Assembly: GCA_032718475.1 (NCBI GenBank)
Contig: JAUCBJ010001404.1
Coordinates: forward strand, 1-51,223
DNA: 51,223 bases
Direction: 5' to 3'
Origin: Nemertoderma westbladi
Lineage: Eukaryota; Animalia; Xenacoelomorpha
Shown here: positions 35,571 to 47,548 of the stretch, in pieces
Position numbering within the stretch: position 1 is the stretch's first letter
Layout of the letters: every line of letters starts with the position of its first letter
Program-made: the position numbers and the translations under genes
Notes under the pieces: generated by a model
The model's database searches: none
What the model saw: the letters and a program-made list of their open reading frames with translations, nothing else
Told to the model about the DNA's origin: nothing

Positions 35571-35701
35571 TATATTATATATATATCACGCTACACTGAG
35601 TAGCAGTATCGGTAATTAATTATTAGGCTAACAGTGATACTGAATTACTAGACTTGCTTTAACTGTAATATAGCAGTAGGCATTCAACTGTACAATCAAA
35701 C

Positions 35702-38700
35702 ATGGCTGACACAAGGCAAACTCTGTCAGATAGTCTCCTAGAAACAACAGCCTGTTTCTCAGATCAAAGTGTAGAGAATCCCAGACCGAGGTCTGAAACC
35801 GCTCATACTGTAAGAAGGGCAACCCCTGCAGTGGTTGTGTCAGAACCTAGGTTGGTAGAAGCGATTTCGCAATTTGCGAAGTTAGTAAAGCGCCGTTGGC
35901 GTTGGTCTGCCATAGGCACTCGGGCCCAAGTCAAGCGGGATCAAGAAGAAGCTATAAAACAGCAGCAACCTCCTAGCCAAGAACCTAGTTCTCAGCGGCC
36001 CGATAGCTCCAGTAGTTCGGATACTGTTGAGCGGACGCCCGAACGCGGAGCGAAGATGGCGGATACGGTTTATGATGAGCGGCCAACCTATGAAGAATCA
36101 ACCGACGCCACTTCTTCTCAAGTGGAAAGCGAAGTGGAAAGCGAAGTGGAAAGCGAATTAACAGCAGCAGAGAAGCCGCGAACTAGAGACGCCATTGACA
36201 TCTATCTGTCAGACTATCAGCGATTCCTAGGAGACGAAGAGTTGAGGAGACGACTGTCTGGACTTCGCCCTAATAGTGAAGGAACCAAGCTTGTGTTGGA
36301 CGCAATCGATGCGGAAATGTTAGCTGCAAACCAAGCTAAATTTGATGAAAAACTCCGCCTCGCTAGAGTCCAAGAAGAACAAGTGAAGAAAAAACGTATA
36401 GAGGACAGAAAGGCAGTAGCAGCGGCAAAAGCGGCAGCGGCAGTGGAAGAGGCAAAAGCGGCAGCGGCAGTGGAAGCGGCAAAAGCGGCAGTGGAAGCAG
36501 CAAAAGCAGCAGCAGCAATAGCATTGGCAGAAGCAGAACAGAGAGCGTCTGAAGAGACCACCCAACTGGAATTGGAAAATCTTCAAGAGACGCAAGACTG
36601 CATAAATAAACAGTTAACTGCTAGTCAAATGCAGATGATGAGTCGATCTACTCCCAAACGCCAAGGATACACATCATCGGAGGAAGGCGAGACCACCGAT
36701 CCTGAAGGCGGAGGAAATAGATCTCATCTAAGCAGGCGTAGAAAAACATCTCACCGTCACAAATTGCCTGATTTGCCCCCAGCTGTTAGAAGACAACTAG
36801 CTAGCACAGACTTAGGTAGTACAGAACCCACAGACCAAATTATTAAGGTCAAAAGACTCCCTACGATAGTTGATGAGCCTGAAATAATTAGGCCTGTCGT
36901 TCCCAAAGCCACTCCTGTGCTAGAGACCCCTGTACTTCCAGAGCTTAACTCTAAATTCCCTTTACACAGTACTACACTGCCTGTACCCGGTAGAACAGTC
37001 CATGAGAACATCCCTGTCCTGGACGCCGAGAGAGAAATCAAAGATTTGTCTCCCGTCGTCCCGCGTCTGCCCGCTACAATGTTGGTGACTCCCGCTTCGG
37101 CGGTCGAGTGGGTAGAGGAGGGACGGCGGGGGATGAATCTCCTGCTCGGACAGATGCAGGAGACTGTCCACCAACTCAAGGGAACAGTAAGGGAAAGTAT
37201 GTTAGAATTGCAAGAAGTGCAGCAAAGTATCGCGCTAGAACGCGACAAATTAGTCAATATACAAAAGGGTATACCAATACCCCCTGTAACATTGTGTCAA
37301 CCTGTTAGGTCTGAAGTATTACATGCGCAAGGTGTGGAGCCTACACGCATCTATACTGCTAGTGAAGTAGAAACTCCTATAGCAAACCCTATTAAGGGTG
37401 ATTATAAACCTGTTGTTAATGATATTCCCTATAGGCCTGATAATAATCCGAGAAATTTATATACCGATAATTCGATATTAAATAATACGATGGCCCAAGA
37501 AAGCTTTACGCGTCAGATGGCTAGAACAGAAGCCCGCCAAGCAGTCAAAGTGGGAGAAATCGTCAAATTCAATGGAGATGAGATGAAATGGTTATCTTTT
37601 AATGAATATTACAAAGATAGCATACAGAACTCTGTACTATCTAACGGAGAGAAACTTAGATTCCTCATCAAGTGCTTGGAAGGACCTCCCAAGTTAATGG
37701 CGTTAAAGTTTATTGGACATCCAGATGGATTAAGACAAGTTTGTGATACATTAAACATCAGGTATGGTAACAAGGATAACATAGCTAAGTATTTGTATGC
37801 AAAATTAGTAGCCCCCCGAAAGTTCCTTAGTAGCGGGATTATAGAGTTTTCCAATGAGATTCAGGAGATCTGTAGACAATTGGATTGGTTAGGTAAGTCT
37901 CATGAATATCAGAGTTCCATGGTTATTGGAGCCGTAGTCTCTACTTTACCAAAGGGTGGAGTATGTACACGCTGGGACAAGAAAGTGTTGTATATGAATG
38001 AGCAGCAACGACGAGGCCCTACCATGGCTGATCTCATGTCCTTCTTAGATAGTGAAGTAAAATTACAACTCATAAAGCAGTCCAGAGAGAAAACATCAGA
38101 AAATAAGGTAAGTGAGAAACCCGTTTCTAGGAGAAGGGTAACACCAGTGTGTTATACTGACGACGGCGAAAGCCAAGCTTCTCAAGAAGAGGACAGCGGG
38201 AAAGATACAGCAAAATCTTACTATGACAACAAGACCTATAAAGACGTAAGTAAATATAAGTCTCGAACCAGTGACAGGAGAGAACAGGTAACAACAACTC
38301 CTCCTACATCTCCTAAGAGAATTCACGGAAGAAAGCCCGAAGAAAGAACGAGAGTGCATAACGTTACCCAAGGTAAAGTGAGTAACATCAAACCAAAATG
38401 TGCGCTGTGCGACGGGCCCCACCGTTTGAGTGTGTGTGCTGAATTCCTAAAGAAATCCCTGGTAGACAGACGTGAAGTCATGTGGGATAAGCGGTTATGC
38501 TATAATTGCCTCAGACAAGGACACCAACGGCGAACCTGTTACTCCGACGTAAAGTGTGCAAAGTGCGGTGCGAAACATCACATCTTGTTACACAGTGAAT
38601 TCGAACGAAACAACCCGAGTCAGGTAAGTGAGCCCGAACTACATGTCCAATTCAGTGATGTAAATGACACTGATCAAGAATCTGAGATGGAAGGATTCTA

Positions 38701-39832
38701 TACGGACGAATTCTCCGATGCCAACGAATCCTGTTACCTAATAAATACCGCAGTGTATCGAGCACTTACGTATGAAAAGGACACCGACAATGAGTTCCCC
38801 CCAACTACCTTTGACAGACAACCATCTTGGAAACCTCCAACTTCCAACGTAGGAATCAGAGAATTTCCTGTAGTGCAGGTAAGAGTTCACGGTCCCAACA
38901 AAAGTTACATAGTGAACGCCCTCCTTGACTCCGGCAGCACAGGAACATTCATCGATCAAGAACTAGCCGAAGACATCTTTGCTGGACAACCCAAATTCCG
39001 AACTAAGTTGGATATGTCAGGAATTATGCAGGTTTGGAAATCTACCATAACGGCAGATTACTATGTAGGTGCGTTGTCCACCCCCCAGGATAAATTAGGA
39101 GAACAAAGTATAAGGTCAGTAAAAATGGTGGCTATAAAGAACTTCGCTACTACCCAGGTAGAACGTTATAACTGGGACGAGGACGAGAGCATCCAGCAGC
39201 TTAAGATACCTCGATTCCACACAGATTATCCTGGAGTGCAAATACTCATCGGCCAAAACGCGCATGAGGCGCTAGAGACATTGGAGAAACGGCCTGCTCA
39301 ACCACAGCCACTACAAACCTATGCAGTAAGAACTAGAGTAGGTTGGTACTTCACTGGCCCTTCCCGTAGAACTCTCAAAGAGAGATTACCTCAAGAACAG
39401 GTATACCAAGTAAAGGAATGGGAAGTGGAGAGCAGTGAGGTGGACGACCCAACTGAGGGAACACCATACTCCTCAGATAATGACGATATTAACTCCAATG
39501 TAGATCAATGGAGACATTGCCTTGGGACGATTAATCCAGCCGACATTGCTTCCAGAGGAGCAACTCCTCAAGAACTGATAGATACTCCAGGCTGGTTAGG
39601 TGGATCCGACTTCTTAAGTAAAGAAGAAGAAGAATGGCCTCCTCATCTTACCACGGCGGAGATTAGACAGGCCAAGGGAGCGGAGAAAGTAACACAACAA
39701 CTCCACCGCCCAGCTGGTCATTTATGTTTACTGGAAAGAGACCGAAAACTGTCCGGAAACTATGGAAGGCAAGATACTCTTCCTACGACCACTTCCCTAA
39801 TCCGACAAATATCTAGGGACTCCATAACATAA
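35702..39832 (+). CDS. Bel/Pao Gag-protease polyprotein, internally deleted in frame (no RT; only remnants of RNase H and integrase tail)
   Basis: Gag motif FNGDEMKWLSF..LSNGEKLRFLIKCLEG. Triple knuckle CALCDGPHRLSVC / CYNCLRQGHQRRTC / CAKCGAKHHILLH (38399-38593). Protease ALLDSGS (Asp at 38927) and ILIG..TRVGWYFTGP. It then runs directly into QWRHC..NPADIASRG..W..G..FL....WP and RPAGHLCLLE. Confidence 0.9.
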   Translation: MADTRQTLSDSLLETTACFSDQSVENPRPRSETAHTVRRATPAVVVSEPRLVEAISQFAKLVKRRWRWSAIGTRAQVKRDQEEAIKQQQPPSQEPSSQRPDSSSSSDTVERTPERGAKMADTVYDERPTYEESTDATSSQVESEVESEVESELTAAEKPRTRDAIDIYLSDYQRFLGDEELRRRLSGLRPNSEGTKLVLDAIDAEMLAANQAKFDEKLRLARVQEEQVKKKRIEDRKAVAAAKAAAAVEEAKAAAAVEAAKAAVEAAKAAAAIALAEAEQRASEETTQLELENLQETQDCINKQLTASQMQMMSRSTPKRQGYTSSEEGETTDPEGGGNRSHLSRRRKTSHRHKLPDLPPAVRRQLASTDLGSTEPTDQIIKVKRLPTIVDEPEIIRPVVPKATPVLETPVLPELNSKFPLHSTTLPVPGRTVHENIPVLDAEREIKDLSPVVPRLPATMLVTPASAVEWVEEGRRGMNLLLGQMQETVHQLKGTVRESMLELQEVQQSIALERDKLVNIQKGIPIPPVTLCQPVRSEVLHAQGVEPTRIYTASEVETPIANPIKGDYKPVVNDIPYRPDNNPRNLYTDNSILNNTMAQESFTRQMARTEARQAVKVGEIVKFNGDEMKWLSFNEYYKDSIQNSVLSNGEKLRFLIKCLEGPPKLMALKFIGHPDGLRQVCDTLNIRYGNKDNIAKYLYAKLVAPRKFLSSGIIEFSNEIQEICRQLDWLGKSHEYQSSMVIGAVVSTLPKGGVCTRWDKKVLYMNEQQRRGPTMADLMSFLDSEVKLQLIKQSREKTSENKVSEKPVSRRRVTPVCYTDDGESQASQEEDSGKDTAKSYYDNKTYKDVSKYKSRTSDRREQVTTTPPTSPKRIHGRKPEERTRVHNVTQGKVSNIKPKCALCDGPHRLSVCAEFLKKSLVDRREVMWDKRLCYNCLRQGHQRRTCYSDVKCAKCGAKHHILLHSEFERNNPSQVSEPELHVQFSDVNDTDQESEMEGFYTDEFSDANESCYLINTAVYRALTYEKDTDNEFPPTTFDRQPSWKPPTSNVGIREFPVVQVRVHGPNKSYIVNALLDSGSTGTFIDQELAEDIFAGQPKFRTKLDMSGIMQVWKSTITADYYVGALSTPQDKLGEQSIRSVKMVAIKNFATTQVERYNWDEDESIQQLKIPRFHTDYPGVQILIGQNAHEALETLEKRPAQPQPLQTYAVRTRVGWYFTGPSRRTLKERLPQEQVYQVKEWEVESSEVDDPTEGTPYSSDNDDINSNVDQWRHCLGTINPADIASRGATPQELIDTPGWLGGSDFLSKEEEEWPPHLTTAEIRQAKGAEKVTQQLHRPAGHLCLLERDRKLSGNYGRQDTLPTTTSLIRQISRDSIT

Positions 39833-39850
39833 TAACATATGGAGTGGGCG

Positions 39851-40994
39851 TGTGACTATATCATTTTATATTTGTTTTTATTTTATATTTATGTATGTAT
39901 TATTATGTAATTTTATTATAATCGTTTTCTTTAATTTTATATAGTAAGAATGTTATTTTAGTGATTATTTAGTAGATTAGTGCAATATATTAGTGTTTAT
40001 TACGTACGTAATTACTTATAATATATATTTAGTGCGACGGCGAGAAATAATTATTTTTCTCTTTCCTTACTGTCCGTATCATATTATAAATACGTGACTA
40101 CAGTAAGATGAAATGTCCGTACTTATTAAAGTACAATAAAGCCACTACTATATTCAAGTATTATTGGTAGGCAGAGTATTAGGAATGCAAAGTTCAGATC
40201 CTCGTGTCTCGGCTAAACCAAGCTCTGGGTAGACCTTGGAAACGACTTGCCTCTTCTCACTGACATTGCTTCGTGCGATATTGCTCTCATACCGTATATT
40301 AAATAATACATATAGTAGCGTGATGTCCCTTTAACAGTAGCGTAAAACGCAAATAAATCTGTTAAACCCTTTGACCATCTGTAATTCTAGTCGATTAAGA
40401 TATCGCGGCACCCACCGATATACTTGAAAGACAAATTCTAGAATCAGTGGTTAACGTCCCCAGACAAGTTCTGGAATAAATTGGTGCCCATCTCAAATAT
40501 TAATTATTTAATATTTACAAATCTATAAATCAAAATCTGTAAAATTCAGATCCTTTAACAATTCTAGTCGATTAAGATATCGTAGCACTTACCGATACTC
40601 TTAAAAGACAATTTTCATAGAATTAAGGATCCTATGTCCCCAGACCTGCTCTGGAATCAAATTGTGTCAATTGCACTATCAAATAATAAAATTTCAGGGA
40701 ATAAATTTGAATTCATATTTTAATGAATTTAATAAATTGTCGTTCTGTGCAATTTATAACATTCCCAAAATCCCATTAATTAATAGATCACGGGAGCGGA
40801 GATTCATCTTATTAAGTGTGTTAGAGTGTGAGAATCTCCCATGTATGAGTCAATAGCCGATAAAATTTATAAAATCATATATAAACGAGATATTGGACCA
40901 TTAAAGAATTACTATTAAATAGCATCCCAGATCTGTATGCATTGGAATTACCCTAATTCTACCGCTAGCTTTCCATAATGTCACCATAGTAACA
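39851..40994 (+). mobile_element. 3' LTR of Bel/Pao element 2
   Basis: Follows the PPT GGAGTGGGCG. Termini TGTGACTAT...ATAGTAACA give an 8/9 inverted match. AATAAA is at 40135 and there is an internal ~180-bp duplication (40355-40665). Confidence 0.6.
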
Positions 40995-41349
40995 CCCACG
41001 CTAGAATTAGAAGCAAGTTAAAAGGAACAATAAAAACTTGCCCATTGCATAGAGTAAGAAATAAATAGCGCACTGCTAGTATCCAAGGATACATAATAAT
41101 AACGTGGCATTCTGGAAGGCACTGACTAACGGACAAATGGCCCGAGTGTGTGCAATCAATTTGTGACAGTTGTGTGTGTGGAGTTTGTGAGTTTATAGGC
41201 GAATGTTACTACTAAGGTGTGTTTACAGTAGCGAGTCGCAATTGTGAAAGTAACCCTAACTCTACAGTAAGAACCTGAAGTGTATCTAAGCCTTTGGGAC
41301 GGACAGTGGAGTGACTCGTGCTAGTGTCGTTGTCGTTGTGTAGCTACAC

Positions 41350-42850
41350 GTTGGCGGAAAACACAGCGGCGACGATACATTTGCGCTGAGGCTCTTACAC
41401 TGTCCGGGGGCTGATTGGGGTAGGCAGCGACGCTCGCTAGCCTAATTATAAGCTCATTATAATATTAATAAACTCATATAGCAGATATAACGGAGTTGAT
41501 AGAAGATGGTCTTGGTATCGGGGAGCGATATACTCTACCTTTACAAGTGTTTGTTGATAGTTTGATACGCGGCGACGCTAGTCCAACTACTACGGAGGAC
41601 GATGGTCGTTATATCGAACCGATGATTTCCTCGAAGCAACTTACGCGTGAATTGGACTATGGAAAATTCACCGCTCGCTACACGCATCGTAATAGAACGT
41701 ATATGGACTTCTTAACCATTGGCCATTCTATCGATTCACACGATACGGACTATATCGAACATATATCCTACCCAGCGGAGTCGGAACGATAAACTGAAAT
41801 TCGAATGCGAAAATTCTATTCGAAATCGACTCGAAAGAAAAGACATTAGAGAGACAAATGGACGCGGTAACTCTAACGTATATTTGGAATTCTTGATAGA
41901 AGCATTGTAACAACAAATAAATATCATCCGCGTTTCCCCTACCAGACGTGCGTCTTTGGTATTATTACGATAAATGCCCTAGACCCAACCAATAAACGGA
42001 AAGACATAAACATCCACGGAAACCGAAACTTGTTCGACATATCACCTACGCTCGCTCGACTCAAACGATCCTTGAGTAAACCTACGATCATAGTTCCGGA
42101 ATACTCGCTCAGACCACCTCGTTCCTTGATTAGACCTCAGACTTTCGATTCTGATGGTATCCCGGATCCTCACGAGCTGTATTCACTGTTCAAAGATCTA
42201 GTGCTACCCTAACAATTAATCGGTAACACTCCGGAAGCGAGCTCTAGCTAGCCGCCCATCTTACCTAGCCGTATTGGGACGCGGACACCTAATATCACCA
42301 TTCAACCGTATGGTCGTCCCAGTTTAACGCGATACAACCCTTCATCAAGGTGAAGGAGAGCGTTGTACGAAACGAGTTAAACGCTATTCTACAAAGATCA
42401 GAAAGGAAACCTGCGTTTGTTCAGATAAACGTAAGTTATAACAGCGAGTCCAAGCGGTAAACGAATTGGCTTTATCTCAGTTCGATTGGGAAATCTTGAA
42501 TCTCTAAGAAGATATCGAGCTTAGACAACCCTATTCTCTGCGAGAGTTTTGGACGAGCGTGTCCAACGACAAGCGGAGGAAAATCAGCTCGAGGAGAAGC
42601 AGATCGAAATGGACGAGACACTGACCGTAACCCTAAACGTTCTGATGCAATGGTATTGCACCCTTCACCCAGGAGTTACAGCCCTCCTAGTAAAGTGGCT
42701 CGCCCCAAAGAGAAAAGGACTCTTGCTAGCCTCAAAAAGCTGCGTAAACGCCGTCCGCGTAAGAAAGACTAACTGTTTAGAGTATTTTTATTTTTTAAAA
42801 CTGTGATTTGTTATATTTTATAGACTTAAATCCCATTTTCTGGGAGCGGT
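41350..42850 (+). pseudogene. Degenerate coding-like region of a possible third LTR-type element
   Basis: CpG-rich, with staggered + strand ORF pieces ending ..KKLRKRRPRKKD*. This is followed by the hairpin TCCCA/TGGGA, purines and TGTAAAGG at 42850. No recognisable domain. Confidence 0.35.
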
Positions 42851-44278
42851 GTAAAGGCTTTTGCGTAATTAGCCGGTTATTTTCCCCGTGAAGTACTCTG
42901 TAGTTGGTTTACCAGGCATAAAAGGGCCGTGTCCTTACTGTACTGGTGTTTTAGAGGACATAAAAGTAATTTCTTCTGTATGTGTACTTTAGCAGACATA
43001 ATCCGCAATTCCATGACGTAAAAGCCGAAATACTCTTGGAACAGTGTAGTTACTAAGACGACAGCTAATAGCTGAGCTGTACACGTGGAGCCTCTGCACG
43101 GAGCCTTGGTTCTTTGTTCTGCTCAGCTCAAATGACGACATCTATCAGCTGTGTCCACGTCAGTTCGACCAATCAGAGATTTTCCCTTTGTGTAAAAGCT
43201 GTACAGCAGAATCCCATGATTCAGTACTGACGTTTCCCCCACGCCTAAGAACACCGGCCGGGGAATGTTTTCTGACATTAGAGCGTCTTTAATTATAAGA
43301 TCATCAAACTGTTATCTTGGTCAACTTGGTTAAGTACACTTGCATTATTTACTGCTATTTACTGTGTTGTTAATTGTATCGTTCGTTTACATATTATTAT
43401 TGGGAAGAATATTGATAACAATCCGAAACCCCAATCTTCTTGATACACTAAGGTTAGAGAGACCAGTTACATATAACAATTTGCGACATACATTATTGTG
43501 GTTTGTAGTGAGTTCAATGCTACTTAATAGGCCCTACAAATGTCGGTTGTTATTCTCTTTATATATGATTAAAATCAGTGAATGTCGGCAATTCAGTGTG
43601 CAGTTGTGTGCAATAGTCTGTGTGTGCTTGACCGAGTAACAAAGCATTTCCTAAAGAATGCACTTTGGTGATCTATAAGACATACTGTTGTGTATAGTGT
43701 AAGTCATAGCTCTGTTTAAATAGATAGAGCGCCACGTCCTAAAGGAACTGCTAATATTTCCCGAAAGTGAATAATATTTGTCAGAGATTATATATTAACG
43801 ATCAATCGAATAGTACGGTAGGCCTGCACCGCAATCAAATTAAAGCATCCAAATCCAGTCTCCCGGGTATATCCAGCGGGTGAATGGTCGCGCACAGACT
43901 GGCTTTGGCTAATGTTAGAATTATTATAGGTGTTCAATACTTGTCATAGGCTGGAGTAGATTTATAACCTAGAAGACATATAGATTTGGTGGGTTAAACT
44001 GCCAAAGGTCTTAAAAGCGTGAACATTCTCCTTTTAATTACTTCTTTTAAACTTGTAACGTAACCTTAGTAAAGTTCAACCTATTTGTCTGACAATTCTA
44101 TTAATTGCATGCTCGATGGATATTATGATAGCGATTCCGATTTTGAGACTCAAAACCAAACATTTCACTGTAATTCACCACAACTGGAACCTGTTACCTT
44201 TAAATGTGATGTTGGAACATGCACCATAGCCATGCACTGCACATGGAACATATAATACAATGAGATATGTGTTTGATA

Positions 44279-45375
44279 CAAGGTGTACTAAATAACAGGT
44301 CATGCAGCGAGTGGATTGCTGAAATTAGCGGAGGCCGATCGTTTCCCTATTTATGGCACTTTTTTCATAATATTTCCTTAGAAACTTCTTTTGTGCTTCT
44401 TTGGTTAGGTGGATATGATGACTAGGGTTCATAGAAATGTAATAAAATGTCTTTCTGGAATTTTTATCTTGTAGTTGCCACTTGCCAAGGTAAACCGGGT
44501 TCAAATTTCGAGCGCCTGTAATTCAAGACGACAAGGGATTCTGTTGTTGAGATTTGGTATATGAGTAAAGGGAATAAAAGTCTTTCAAATTATTTTACAT
44601 TTTATTTATTTTTCAATCCCGTTTCCATGGTGACGGGAATTACGATAATTCCCCATTATGACCGCCAGATAGAAATTCGGCTACTATTTACTACTTATAT
44701 AATTTTCAACAAACATGCCTGGTGGTCCTTTATTTCTAATAATTGCTAACCGAAATTTAATATTCTGGAATGTTAAAATCATGCTATAACAGGTCTTGCT
44801 CTCTGATTGGACAGTTTAGTTTATTTGCAAATATTGACTTTTAGAAATATGATTCACATATTTCCATATTTACATTTTACATATTCACATATATGATTCA
44901 TATAAAATCAATTGTATAAAATCAAATGTTGGCAATTTTATCTTATTATTTAGATGACAAACCGAATAAAAATGGTTTTTTATAGAATTAGTAGACAATT
45001 TTTAAAAATTTTCATTCTACTTATTTCCATGGCAACGGGAATGTAAACAAATTAAAATGTAAAATATTTTGGTAGACTTTTATTCCCTTTACGCACCTAC
45101 CAAACCTCAAGGGAAGAATCCATTGTCGCCTTGAAATACAGGCGCGCAAAGTTTGAACTTTGCACCCGGTTACCTTGGCAACTACAAGATAAAAATTCCA
45201 GAGAGACTGTTTATTACATTTCTATGAACCCTAGTCATCATATCCACCTAACCAAAGAAGCAATAGAAGTTTCTAAGGAAATATTATGAAAAAAGTGTCA
45301 TAAATAGGGAAACGATCGGCCTCCACTAATTTCAGCAATCCGCTCGCTGCATGACCTGTTATTTAGTACACCTTG
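44279..45375. mobile_element. Foldback element with ~260-bp TIRs and 8-bp TSD (P-element-like termini)
   Basis: TIR CAAGGTGTACTAAATAACAGGTCATGCAGCGAG... The TSD GTTTGATA is at 44271-44278 and 45376-45383. Confidence 0.9.
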
Positions 45376-46537
45376 GTTTGATACAACCAATTATATATTA
45401 TTTTCAATAACCGTCATTCATTCATCCATTCCTTAAATATTATTGTAAACTTAACACTCACTACAACGCAGTCAATATTAATAAATCTGGCTGGATCTTG
45501 CCACAACCAATAACAAGCCAATCTATTAGCTCAACCTAAGACTCTAAGGTAAATTGCTATGACCAGCTGAGTGCTGCCTGTCTACCACCACTTTGTGGAA
45601 ACCGCCAACCAATTTGAGTAAACCGCCTTGCCACTACAACAAACAATGGTATTCATTGGCTTGCTCTAACTTTAGTTAGTGGCCGCCATTGAAGTGTACT
45701 TGCCTACTGTACTAGCTTGTAGTCATAAAATCTGTATAAAGGCTGCTCCACTGGTTATCTCCATTACTCCATACATGTTTGGCAGATTATTTTAGACACC
45801 CATATGATGAGTATTTGATTGGCTGTGGCAGATCTGTTGAGGCTGTCTCTATTGTCTTGTGCAGTTAGGTAGGCTACCGGTCCGGTACGGTAAACTGCTT
45901 TCATTTTCTTTTCAGGATTTACAGCTCAGCTATAGCAGTACCAAGTAGGCCTACTGCAGTATACAGGTATAGGTTTGGTTATGTACCGGTACACTCATAG
46001 GCCTGCTGCATACAGCTGAACAGGCATACCTCATTGCTGTACCGGACCGGTATGTGTCAGTTTGATATGATGTAGACCCGGTCAGCCGGTGGCGGTAGGC
46101 CTAAACTCTCAGATTCTCATCCAGTCTGCAGTCAGCAGTAACCTGCTCCCTCATAGCACTGTAGCATAGCAATAGTCAGTTACCGGTCAGCCGGTAGTTC
46201 TGTAGGCCTAGTAGTACAGAAGTACAGTACAGTCTGACAGTTCTGCCTGCAGTTACAGTAACCAGTCAGACGGTAGTTGGTAGTACGTTAAGGTTACCGG
46301 TAGGCCTACCTGCCTACTGGTACCTGGGTACAGCGGTACGATGTATGAATGAACGATTGCTTGAGCAGCTGACAGGCTGATGCTGAGGGAGGCTACCTGC
46401 AGGTGCGGACTTCCTGACTTGTCTACTTTCTACCTGTGATGTGAGCCTGTCGATGCACAAGTTGCGGAAATCTAGAGGTAAGTACAGAATAGCAGAAGTA
46501 AGCAAAGTAAGTACCGGTCAGTCGGGGAGAAGTTCTA

Positions 46538-47065
46538 TTTTCAACTTTATTTTTTAAAATTCAACTTTTTATTAAAATTCAACTTTTGGAGAAGGGTTTA
46601 AAATTCAACTTTTTTTTAAAATTCAACTTTTGGAGTAGGTTTGGATTTGGAAATACTGAAATATGGACTGATGGAATTGGAATCCATTACTGTACTGGTC
46701 TGTTGGTAGCCTATTCCATTGTATAATACAATAATAATTAGGCCTATGACATATAGCGGTAATTTAATACCAGTACATCTAACTGTCTAATAAATTCCTG
46801 TAGTACTGTAGTATTTCAGCTAATTTGCAAATGTAATCACTTAAAATGTTTTTAAAAAATGCAATCCCAACGGTGAAAGTTTTTATTCCATCGGTAATGA
46901 ATGACACGTCCATAAAAACAATAAAAACACCCCTTCTGTACTGTCCGGCTGTAACGTCTTGGGGCCCTTCTGGCTGTCTGGGTCTGGGTCTGGGCCTCCT
47001 GCCATTTTAGAGTTGAATTTACAACTTAAAAGTTGAATTTTAAAAAAAGTTTTAAATTTCAACTC
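46538..47065. repeat. AAAATTCAACTTT repeats with inverted copies at the distal end; probable transposon remnant
   Basis: Five TTCAACTTT units at 46538-46632 and AGTTGAATTT copies at 47010-47042. Confidence 0.45.
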
Positions 47066-47548
47066 AGTCTGTCAGCGGTCCTACGAATTACCCAAAAAAA
47101 CACAAAATTACCCAAAAATACACAAAAAAACACAAAAATTTACCCAAAAAAACACAATAAAACACAAAAAAAACACAACATTAGCCAAAAAACTTACCCA
47201 AAAAGACAAAAATAATTTATATCCTATAGGATTGGAAAAATAAGACTGTAACCTGTGTTCTTTGGCTATCGTTTATTGTTTTGGTTAGAAAAGCCTGCTA
47301 CTGTAACCTGCTCCTTTCCATTAATTAAGAAATCTGATTTTGTATGCTGTCTGGCAGTATGGGTCAGTGGGTGGGTAGGCTTACCGGTAAACCGGTGGCA
47401 GTAGGTCATTAAAGGAATCTTCAAATGAACAAAATGTAATATTTTGAAAAAAGTGAAAACTGAAAAGTGAAACTCTTCTTACAATTAACCTAAATCTTAT
47501 TGTAGATACATTGTTTATGAAAAACATTTTTTTTTGTCTTTTTGGGTA

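Noticed and set aside
36217-38959. Antisense and alternative-frame ORFs over gag
   Set aside because: These are shadows of the main ORF and its low-complexity repeats.
40166-40177. tRNA-iMet primer-binding site (TGGTAGGCAGAG)
   Set aside because: The match is imperfect, it does not directly follow a CA end, and it lies inside the inferred 3' LTR.
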